Source: Imperialibacter roseus
GTDB taxonomy: Bacteria; Bacteroidota; Bacteroidia; Cytophagales; Cyclobacteriaceae
Reading direction: 5' to 3'
NCBI RefSeq assembly: GCF_032999765.1
Contig: NZ_CP136051.1
Coordinates: forward strand, 936,417-968,416
DNA length: 32,000 nt
Shown here: one piece after another, positions 18,298 through 25,885 of the stretch
Numbering within the stretch: the first letter of the stretch is position 1
How the letters are laid out: each line of letters starts with the position of its first letter
Translations under genes and position numbers: made by a program
Notes under the pieces: model-generated
Database searches by the model: none
Told to the model about the DNA's origin: nothing
The model's input: the letters and a program-made list of their open reading frames with translations, nothing else

Positions 18298-18551
18298 GGT
18301 GTCTATCCCGAGGGATTTTTTGAATATTTTTTACGTTCTAATATGAAGAATGTCAATGCCTCGGTAAAATGAGTGTGGGAGTTTTATGCAGCTCCCATTC
18401 CACTTGCACTAAGGCACGTCTTCCCAACAGTAGCTTCAGCCAAGGTTGCGCAATGATAAAATTAAACTATGTGGGGGAGAATCCAAGCCAACTGATGCTT
18501 GAAAACCGATGAAGCCGCCATTCATTGTTAGCGGAGTGTTGTGATCCGTTT

Positions 18552-18956
18552 TTATTCGTTCCAGTTGGTAGTTGAAAGTTGCTCAATAGGTTGGTAATGT
18601 TTCTGGTTGTTCGTTACCAGCGTCAAGTTGTTAGCCAGTGCGATCCCTGAAATTAATAGATCAGCGGTTCCGATTGTAATTCCTTTTTCTCTAAGCTCAG
18701 AATAGATGTTTGCAGAAATTCGCAACGAAGATGTTGAGAGCTTTAGGACTTCACATGTTGAAATGAAGTTTTCGAACTCTTGTATTTGTTTAGTGGCCTT
18801 CTTAAAAGTTAAGCCGGACAGAACTTCGAAATATGTTATTTCTGAAATCGTGATTTTCGATTGTTCCTTAAGATACAATTTAACGTTTTCAGTCACCTGC
18901 TCATGACCTTTCAAAAAATATGAAAGTATGTCTGTATCAATAAGTGATCTGTTCAA
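18552..18956 (-). CDS. vapC: PIN-domain ribonuclease toxin, VapC-like (type II TA)
   Basis: N-terminal LIDTDILSYF (first PIN acidic residue), then EITYFEVLSG, GTADLLISG and a LVTNNQKHY C-terminal motif. The TTG start overlaps the stop of the upstream small ORF (TTGA). Confidence 0.88.
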   Translation of the reverse strand: MNRSLIDTDILSYFLKGHEQVTENVKLYLKEQSKITISEITYFEVLSGLTFKKATKQIQEFENFISTCEVLKLSTSSLRISANIYSELREKGITIGTADLLISGIALANNLTLVTNNQKHYQPIEQLSTTNWNE

Positions 18957-19183
18957 AACTGCGGAATTCGATAGTTATGATCTTCTCTTGATTTATGGAG
19001 GTCAGAAGTTAGTTCGGTTAATTCGAGTTCCTTAAAAATTCCGCTGAAAGATAATGGCGATTTGTCAGTCGATAAGTGTGACTCCAAATCAGAGATATAG
19101 GCATCCAGGTTCGGAAGTTTGTCGTCCGAAAGTTTCTTGATCTTGTTGAGGATCGATTTTCTTAGTTTTTCCTTAGTTGCCAT
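18953..19183 (-). CDS. Putative antitoxin partner of VapC (family not recognised)
   Basis: 76-aa ORF immediately upstream of the PIN gene, overlapping it by 4 nt. The assignment rests on position alone. I see no obvious AbrB, RHH or Phd motif. Confidence 0.65.
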   Translation of the reverse strand: MATKEKLRKSILNKIKKLSDDKLPNLDAYISDLESHLSTDKSPLSFSGIFKELELTELTSDLHKSREDHNYRIPQF

Positions 19184-19458
19184 GTGATAAAGTTAGAGAA
19201 TTTCCGGTTTGCAGTCAATGAACTACAACACTTGTACAGCCCCAAATCCCAACTCAGACTTAGAGTCATCCCCACTATAGAAAGATAGGGATTTTTGATC
19301 CGGGTTTTTATTCCAAACCTCTAGAATAAACATATATTTTTCAACTCATTCATCCAATCCGTTTGCTGGGGTTTTTATCTGGCCAAGGTGTGCGGTAGGA
19401 GTATGCGGATTGACTTGGGTGGTGGCAGGCTCTTTTGCTCCTCAATCCCCTGATTGTC

Positions 19459-19493
19459 CGGATTATACTGAGCGACTCTGCGGATTATACTGA
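19459..19493. repeat. Perfect 13-nt direct repeat CGGATTATACTGA, two copies, 22-nt period
   Basis: Read directly at 19459-19471 and 19481-19493, about 30-65 nt upstream of promoter module copy B. Confidence 0.9.
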
Positions 19494-19524
19494 ATGATTG
19501 CGATAAATGAATGTTTTGTCACTA

Positions 19525-19598
19525 AATGTTCAGGAAAACTTCAGGATTGCTCCCAAAATACTTCAGAAATCATAGGTGAAATTTGTGGTGTCGAAAGA
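19525..19598 (+). promoter_or_regulatory. Promoter/operator module copy B, upstream of the two-component system
   Basis: GTTCAG at 19528 and CTTCAG at 19539 and 19561, the same 11/22-nt phasing as copy A. Followed by GAAATTTG at 19578-19585. About 61 of 74 aligned positions are identical to 3378-3450. Confidence 0.5.
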
Positions 19599-19665
19599 AT
19601 GGGTTATCGCAAAAGAGTTGAAGGTTGAATGATGATTTTTTGCGTTTAACAGGTTTCCTGTAAAG

Positions 19666-19696
19666 AAGTGATACTCATCACTTGTTTTATTCTTTC
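19666..19696 (+). terminator. Possible intrinsic terminator/attenuator hairpin in the leader of the response regulator
   Basis: AAGTGAT-ACTC-ATCACTT forms a 7-bp AT-rich stem, followed by GTTTTATTCTTTC. The stem is weak, so this is tentative. Confidence 0.3.
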
Positions 19697-19881
19697 AGTT
19701 GGTTGTTTGCAGGCCCGGGTGGCGGCCATTGGGGGATGCAGCCCAGGGCTGCCGGGCTTGCACAATACAAAGTTGACATTTGGTTGAGGGCTTCTTTTAG
19801 TTGCAGCAGCGAGATAGCCGGGCAACTTAATCGCCCGGGCTGGCTTAGTAAATAACGATTTCTAGTAAATTGTATCGTTCA

Positions 19882-20583
19882 ATGTCAAAAGTCGAAATGA
19901 AGGAAGTAAGGCTACTTCTTGTAGAAGACGAATACCAATTACTAAAGGCAATCAGGACTTTCCTGGAAGAGGAGAAGTATGTGGTGGTGGCAGTGGAGAC
20001 CTATCGGTCGGCGCAGCAGGAAATAAAGAACGAGAACTACGATGTGTGCCTGATCGACATCAACCTACCCGACGGCAGTGGCAACTCCCTCATCAATCTC
20101 ATCAAGTCAAAACAGCAAAAAACGGGCATCATCATCATCTCGTCGCACAACATGACCGAGGATAAAGTGCAGTCGCTGGACCTCGGAGCGGATGACTACC
20201 TCACCAAGCCTTTCGACCTGCATGAGCTGAATGCCCGGATCAGGTCTGTGCTGAGAAGGAAGTTGGGCGATAGCCGCCATCAGGTGGTTTCGGAGTCTAT
20301 CTCGGTCTACCCCAATGAGTTCAAGGCATTTGTGCATGATGTGGAGCTTGAGTTGACCAAGAAGGAATTTGAGATGCTGCTTTACCTCATGTCTAACAAA
20401 AACCGCCTGATCACAAAAGAGAGCCTGGCCGCTCACCTATGGGGTATAAGTATTGAGTTTTCCGATAACTACGACTACATATACACACATGTGAAGAACC
20501 TGCGAAAGAAATTAATGAATGCAGGAGCCACGGACAACATCAAAAACGTTCACGGTATCGGATACCGGTTTGAAGTGGCATGA
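19882..20583 (+). CDS. Response regulator, OmpR/PhoB family (receiver plus winged-helix DNA-binding domain)
   Basis: The track start 19870 is a TTG; I prefer the ATG at 19882 (MSKVEMKEVRLLLVEDE). Phospho-acceptor context DVCLIDINLPDGSG. Trans_reg_C motifs LTKKEFEMLLYLMSN and VHGIGYRF. Confidence 0.92.
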   Translation: MSKVEMKEVRLLLVEDEYQLLKAIRTFLEEEKYVVVAVETYRSAQQEIKNENYDVCLIDINLPDGSGNSLINLIKSKQQKTGIIIISSHNMTEDKVQSLDLGADDYLTKPFDLHELNARIRSVLRRKLGDSRHQVVSESISVYPNEFKAFVHDVELELTKKEFEMLLYLMSNKNRLITKESLAAHLWGISIEFSDNYDYIYTHVKNLRKKLMNAGATDNIKNVHGIGYRFEVA

Positions 20584-21839
20584 GGCTGGTCGTAAAAGAA
20601 CTCATCTTTAATCTCCCCGCCATTATCATAGTGGTTGCTCTTGGTGGTGGTATTTTTTACCAGTCCATTGAGTCGGTGCTCGAGACGAACGAAGATGAGG
20701 TGCTGAAAATAAGAAAGCAGTATATCATTGACCTGCTGGACAACTACAAAGGAGAGAGTCCATTTATTGAACATGCATTTGCCGACATTTACGAAATAGA
20801 AGAAGAGGACGCTTTGCACCTGCCTGTAACGGATGTCTTCTCTGATACAATTATTAATAATCCTAAGCTTGACGAATCCATACTGTATCGCCAACTGCGG
20901 TTTCAGTACAGCACAAATGGCAGGAACTACATGGTGTGGGCACGCACAGCAGAGGTTGATAACGACGAGGTACTCCAGTCGGTCATCACTACCATCGTTA
21001 TTACTTGCCTTTTAATGGCCGTGGTGATCTCCTTTCTTAATGTTTACTTCTTTCGGAAGATATGGATGCCTTTCCATGGAATACTCAGTAATCTGACCCG
21101 GTTTAACCTCGATGGCTCAAGTGAATACGTGAGTGCGCCAAGCAGCGTGAAAGAGTTTCAGATGCTTGACGCCACCCTTCGTGAAATAACAAGCCGACTT
21201 CAGAGTGAGTACGACGAGTTGAAGGATTTCACCTCCTACCTTACCCACGAACTGCAAACACCCCTTGCGGTGGTCAATGGAAAGATCGACCTGCTCATTC
21301 AGGACCAGAGCCTGAGCGAAGACCAACTAAGGAGCCTGGTGGCTATTCGTAATACTATTCTAAGTATCAGCGAGTTTGAGAAAACCCTCATTTTCCTGAA
21401 AAGAATAGAGCTGGGGCAGTTTAATCAAATGGGTCATATCGACTTTTCAGCCACGCTGACCTCGAAACTTGAGCAAACCGAGGAGCTGATCAAGCTGAAG
21501 AAGATTAGCCTGAAGGCCGACATTGTGCCGAACGTGATGCTGGATATCCATCCGCAACTAATAGACACGCTGCTGAACAACATCATTTCGAACAGTATTC
21601 GTCACAACATCAAGAATGGCTTTATTGAGGTGAAACTGACCCCGAGGGAGTTAAAAGTTACTAACAGCACCCGTGAGGTCGGTGAGTTGTCTCATGAGGG
21701 TGCCGATTTTATTTCTATCAGGGGGCTGGGAGTAGGAGCATCCATTATCAAAGCCATTTGCAACAGGCATCAGCTCAATTTTAAGGTCGTTCAGGAAGAC
21801 AATGCCTACAGCCTGGTCATTGGCCTTCACCCGGGCTAG
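20580..21839 (+). CDS. Sensor histidine kinase (two TM segments, periplasmic loop, HisKA, atypical HATPase_c)
   Basis: ATGA overlap with the regulator stop. H-box SYLTHELQTPLAV, N-box LLNNIISNSIRHN and G2-like RGLGVGASIIKAI. I could not find a DxGxG G1 box (VTNSTREV sits at the expected position). Confidence 0.9.
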   Translation: MRLVVKELIFNLPAIIIVVALGGGIFYQSIESVLETNEDEVLKIRKQYIIDLLDNYKGESPFIEHAFADIYEIEEEDALHLPVTDVFSDTIINNPKLDESILYRQLRFQYSTNGRNYMVWARTAEVDNDEVLQSVITTIVITCLLMAVVISFLNVYFFRKIWMPFHGILSNLTRFNLDGSSEYVSAPSSVKEFQMLDATLREITSRLQSEYDELKDFTSYLTHELQTPLAVVNGKIDLLIQDQSLSEDQLRSLVAIRNTILSISEFEKTLIFLKRIELGQFNQMGHIDFSATLTSKLEQTEELIKLKKISLKADIVPNVMLDIHPQLIDTLLNNIISNSIRHNIKNGFIEVKLTPRELKVTNSTREVGELSHEGADFISIRGLGVGASIIKAICNRHQLNFKVVQEDNAYSLVIGLHPG

Positions 21840-21921
21840 AGCAAGAATTTTCCGGTCGGGCATGAAATAGAAAAAGCCATCCGTTTTGGACAGCTTTCTC
21901 TTGTCTGCTTTCAAATTAGTT

Positions 21922-24654
21922 TTATTCTGATCTCAGCGACTTCACCGGGTTCACGCTGGCGGCTGTGAACGACTGATAGCCAACGGTTAACCAGCCAATG
22001 ACTACAGCAGTGAGGGCTGCGAGGAGGAATGTCCACACGCTGATGTCGATGCGGTAGGCAAAATTATCCAGCCACTTGTCCATGCCCCACCATGCGGCTG
22101 GCACTGCCACAAGCACGGCAATCAGGATAAGTTTCGTAAAGTCCCTGCTCAGCAGCAGCACGATATTGAAGATGGAAGCGCCCATCACTTTACGTACGCC
22201 AATCTCCTTCCGTTTTTGACCTGCCGTGTAAGCTGCCAGACCAAAAAGTCCGATACATGCGATCATGATGGCCAGCGATGTGAAAATGGTAAACATATCG
22301 CCACTGGTTTTCTCTGCGTCATAGAAGCGCTTCAGGTTTTCGTCGAGATAGTAGTAGCGCAGCGGTGTGTCTTTCGTAAACTGGTTCCATGTTGCTTCCA
22401 CACCGGCCAAAGAAGCCTTTAGCTCGGAAGGATCAACCTTTACCACCATTTTGTTAATGAAAGTATTGGGGGAGTTAACGTGAATAATGGCCACAGGCTC
22501 CAGCCCAACATGCAACGACTGAAAATGGAAGTCATTGACGACTCCGATAATGGTATAGGTAATATCGGTGTCGCCGCCGTTATTCACATTGATTATTTTC
22601 TTGCCTATGGGGTCTTCCAATCCAAGCTTGGCTACGGTGGAGGCCGCTAGTATCATAGATAGTGAATCGTTGAAGCTCTTCGAGAACAGTCGCCCTTCCA
22701 AAAGCTCGATCTGCATTGTTTCGAAGAAGCTCTCATCTACCGAAAGTCCTCTCGCTACCATGCTTTCTTTTTCGCCACTACCGGGCACTCTCACTATGAA
22801 CCCGGGCATTACGTCGCCTGGCATAGCCGAGGTGTAGGTGGCATTTTTCACTCCAGGCACCTTTTTGATCTCGTTCTCAAAGGTTTCGTAGCGGCTTCTG
22901 ATTTGAAACACATCGGCATCGGGGTTCTGAAAATTGTCTCTGTTGACATTGAATGCACTTTCAATCACTACCACATGATCTTTTTCAAAGCCCAGAGACT
23001 TATTGAGCATGAAACTCATTTGGTTGAAGATGATCATGGTGCAGGAAATCAAGCCGATGGAGATAGCAAACTGGAAAACGACGAGGCCGTTGCGAAGAAA
23101 AACGCCATACTTTGATGTTTGCATCTTCCCTTTGAGCACTGCTGCGGGTTGAAAGGAAGACAACACAAAGGCAGGGTACACACCAGCGAGGAAGCCAATG
23201 CAGAAAATGACCAAAACGATCACTGTAATGGTTGCGGGTGCCAGCAGGAAATTTAATGTGAGTGCCCTGTGCGATACATCGGCAAAGAAAGGCAGGATAA
23301 ATATCAGCGCTACCATGGCAAGCACAAAGCTGATCAAGGTAAGCAGAATCGATTCGGTAATAAACTGGCCTATCAGCTGATTTCTTACCGATCCAAGCAC
23401 TTTTCTAATCCCCACTTCCTTTGCTCTCTCGGTGGAGCGGGCAGTGGATAGGTTCATGAAGTTGATGCAGGCAATAAGCAGGATGAAAATGGCCGCTGAA
23501 ATGAAAATATATACGTAAGTGATATTGCCGTTGGCCTTTATTTCTCCTTCAAGGTTAGAATGGAGGTAAATATCCTTCAATGGTTGAAGTGTGTAGATGT
23601 AACCATTGCCCGCAGCGATGTATTCGTCGTAAGAAATGCCATTGCGCTGCTGAATGGGCCCGGCAGCGTATTTTTTCACAAACTCAGGAAACTGTTTTTC
23701 GAGGGTGGCCGGATTGGCGCCTGGTTGTAGCTTGAGGTAGGTAAGCACATCAAAGCCGATCCAATTGGGCTGTGCAATGAACGGGAAGGTGCTCATCGAC
23801 CCGATGAAGTCAAATGCCATGTGGGAGTTGCCCGGGTAGTCTTTGGCCACGGCCCTCACAATAAAATTACCTTGTCCGGTTTCCATGCTTTTGCCCATAG
23901 GCGACTCATCCCCAAAGTATTTTTTGGCCATGGATTCGGTAATGAGCAGACTGTTGGGCTCTTTCAGGGCAGTTTCGGCGTCGCCTTCAATCAACGGAAT
24001 CTCCAACACCTCAAACAGCGTGCTGTCTGCGAAAAGTATATTTTCTTCATAAAAGTAGTTGTCGTTGTAACGCACCACAATGGGAGCAAACGCCTTTAGC
24101 AGGTTAGCAGATTGGATCACTTCAGGGAAATCCTCTTTTAGCTGAGGGCCAATGGAGTGGGGAATGAAGGCGTAGTTCACCTCTCTTTCGGGGTATACTC
24201 TTTTGAGGGCGATCCTGTACACATCGTCTTTCTGAAAATTATCGAAGGAGAGTTCGTATTGTACAAAAATGACAATGAGCAGGCAGACAGTGATGCCTAC
24301 CGCCAGGCCGAAGATGTTCACCAGCGAGTAGCCAACCTTCTTGAGGAGGCTCCTGTAAGCGATAATGATGTAATTCTTAAGCATAGTCCAATTATTAAAT
24401 TGAGTTTGATTGTATTTGTTGTTCTTTTTTTTCCAGGCAAAGGGCTGACAAAACTTGAGCACATGCCACACATACTGCAGCGAGGCCAGTCTGCTGTTTT
24501 TTTCACCGGCCGTCTCTTCAAATATTTCCTTGATGTCTCCTTCTATTTCTTCCGCCAGCTCCTCCCGGCAATACCAACGCAAGAAGCCAGTGGCCCAGGC
24601 CGGCGGCTCAGGTCTTTTATTCTCTCTGTTGTCCTTTTTTATCAGGGTAGGCAT
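21922..24654 (-). CDS. Orphan MacB-like ABC permease with duplicated FtsX domains and an N-terminal cytoplasmic prefix domain
   Basis: 910 aa. The first 100 or so residues (PPAWATGFLRWYCREELAEEIEGDIKEIFEE...) match the permease-prefix type found after PadR genes. There are two 4-TM FtsX-like modules, each preceded by a large extracytoplasmic domain. No ATPase gene is adjacent. Confidence 0.9.
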   Translation of the reverse strand: MPTLIKKDNRENKRPEPPAWATGFLRWYCREELAEEIEGDIKEIFEETAGEKNSRLASLQYVWHVLKFCQPFAWKKKNNKYNQTQFNNWTMLKNYIIIAYRSLLKKVGYSLVNIFGLAVGITVCLLIVIFVQYELSFDNFQKDDVYRIALKRVYPEREVNYAFIPHSIGPQLKEDFPEVIQSANLLKAFAPIVVRYNDNYFYEENILFADSTLFEVLEIPLIEGDAETALKEPNSLLITESMAKKYFGDESPMGKSMETGQGNFIVRAVAKDYPGNSHMAFDFIGSMSTFPFIAQPNWIGFDVLTYLKLQPGANPATLEKQFPEFVKKYAAGPIQQRNGISYDEYIAAGNGYIYTLQPLKDIYLHSNLEGEIKANGNITYVYIFISAAIFILLIACINFMNLSTARSTERAKEVGIRKVLGSVRNQLIGQFITESILLTLISFVLAMVALIFILPFFADVSHRALTLNFLLAPATITVIVLVIFCIGFLAGVYPAFVLSSFQPAAVLKGKMQTSKYGVFLRNGLVVFQFAISIGLISCTMIIFNQMSFMLNKSLGFEKDHVVVIESAFNVNRDNFQNPDADVFQIRSRYETFENEIKKVPGVKNATYTSAMPGDVMPGFIVRVPGSGEKESMVARGLSVDESFFETMQIELLEGRLFSKSFNDSLSMILAASTVAKLGLEDPIGKKIINVNNGGDTDITYTIIGVVNDFHFQSLHVGLEPVAIIHVNSPNTFINKMVVKVDPSELKASLAGVEATWNQFTKDTPLRYYYLDENLKRFYDAEKTSGDMFTIFTSLAIMIACIGLFGLAAYTAGQKRKEIGVRKVMGASIFNIVLLLSRDFTKLILIAVLVAVPAAWWGMDKWLDNFAYRIDISVWTFLLAALTAVVIGWLTVGYQSFTAASVNPVKSLRSE

Positions 24655-24664
24655 TGTTCAAATT

Positions 24665-24997
24665 TTACATCCCCTCAATTGAGAGCTGAGGAATTTCCGT
24701 CCAGTAGCTTTCTCTTAGCTCCTTGGCCTGCTCCAGCGACTTGATGCCGAAGGCTGTTACTTTAAAAATACGCTTTCGTTTACCGCCTCGTTCGGGAGTG
24801 GCCTCGCCAAAAGCGGACTCCACAAAGCCTTTCGAATCAAGACGATTCAGCGCACTGTGTATCGCACTGATGGCCACACTTCTGCCAGCTTTTTTCCTGA
24901 TCTCTTTTTGTATGGCAACTCCGTAGGCTTCTTCATTGAGCAAAGCAACCGTGAGCAATATCAATTCTTCAAATTCTCCAAGATGTGTTCCCTTCAT
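24665..24997 (-). CDS. PadR-family transcriptional regulator
   Basis: 110 aa. Winged-helix pattern LGEFEELILLTVALLNEEAYGVAIQKEI...ISAIHSALNRLDSKGFVES...GGKRKRIFKVT. Ends 10 nt before the permease start. Confidence 0.9.
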   Translation of the reverse strand: MKGTHLGEFEELILLTVALLNEEAYGVAIQKEIRKKAGRSVAISAIHSALNRLDSKGFVESAFGEATPERGGKRKRIFKVTAFGIKSLEQAKELRESYWTEIPQLSIEGM

Positions 24998-25285
24998 GAT
25001 CGGTAGTGTATTGACTTAAAAGACGTTGTAACTCCGTTTATGTCCTCTTTTTACGGTGTTGGCACCCTGAGGTTTTGTTATTTTTCATATATGTAGAAAA
25101 TATAAGAAAAATTCACCAAACAGGCACCTTTCGTGCTGGCATTTAGCCACAAATCGATTTGCTGATTGCCGCAGTATCTGTAAGACAGGTATGAGGAAAA
25201 TCATAGAAGCCTGCTGTTCTAAATCATTTCAGGGGCAAGGTTTTGGTGCGACTTTCGGGTATAACATTAACGCAAGGAGGTAGCT

Positions 25286-25717
25286 ATGACACTCGTCAAA
25301 AGAAATGGCAGCCTGCCAATGATAGACTCGCTGCTGACTGATCTGTGGGACACAGAGAAATTCTTTGGGGATGATTTCCTGCAAAGACCGTTGTTGCCCG
25401 CCGTGAACATCAAGGAAACCGAAAAAGGCTATGAAATAGAAATGGCTGCACCCGGTTTCAAAAAAGATGATTTCAGGGTTTCCATTGAAAAGGGAATGCT
25501 GACAGTGACATCTGAACGTAAGGAAGAGAATGAAGAGAAAAAACCCAACTACACCAGAAGAGAGTTTTTTCAAACCAACTTCAAGCGATCCTTTTCCTTG
25601 CCTGAGGATGTAAACGAAGAAAAAGTACACGCTGAGTACAAAAATGGAGTCCTGCAACTCCAGCTCAACAAAATGGCTGAGCCAGCGAAACCGGTGAGGA
25701 AAGTGCTGGTTGAGTAA
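25286..25717 (+). CDS. Small heat-shock protein, Hsp20/alpha-crystallin family
   Basis: Alpha-crystallin domain: PAVNIKETEKGYEIEMAAPGFKKDDFRVSIEKGMLTVTSERK...FKRSFSLPEDVNEEKVHAEYKNGVLQLQL. AAGGAGG lies 5 nt upstream of the ATG. Confidence 0.93.
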   Translation: MTLVKRNGSLPMIDSLLTDLWDTEKFFGDDFLQRPLLPAVNIKETEKGYEIEMAAPGFKKDDFRVSIEKGMLTVTSERKEENEEKKPNYTRREFFQTNFKRSFSLPEDVNEEKVHAEYKNGVLQLQLNKMAEPAKPVRKVLVE

Positions 25718-25744
25718 TAATTTTTTTGGGATGATGGTTGTGAG

Positions 25745-25778
25745 CAGTCCCGTCTTTGTGACGGGATTGCTTTTTTTT
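25745..25778 (+). terminator. Rho-independent terminator of hsp20
   Basis: CAGTCCCGTC-TTTGT-GACGGGATTG forms a 10-bp stem (one G-U pair), followed by C and then TTTTTTTT. Confidence 0.8.
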
Positions 25779-25885
25779 ATTCCATTGGCTAAGCACCGTT
25801 AGCCAGGCGCAGAGTATGGATCAAGCGGAAAATCTGGGGAGTAAGACGCTTAAATAACGCTGTAACATTTGGCGAATGATAGACA

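Noticed and set aside
18374-18398. Hairpin GTGGGAG-N10-CTCCCAT between vapC and the 69-aa ORF as a terminator
   Set aside because: No T-run follows on the minus strand and the stem is only 6-7 bp. That is insufficient for a terminator call.
24157-24744. 195-aa + strand ORF spanning the permease/PadR junction
   Set aside because: It is antisense to two well-supported genes and crosses their intergenic gap, with no motifs.
25229-25657. 142-aa minus-strand ORF overlapping hsp20
   Set aside because: The opposite strand encodes a textbook alpha-crystallin domain with an SD site and a terminator. The minus ORF is a hydrophobic shadow.
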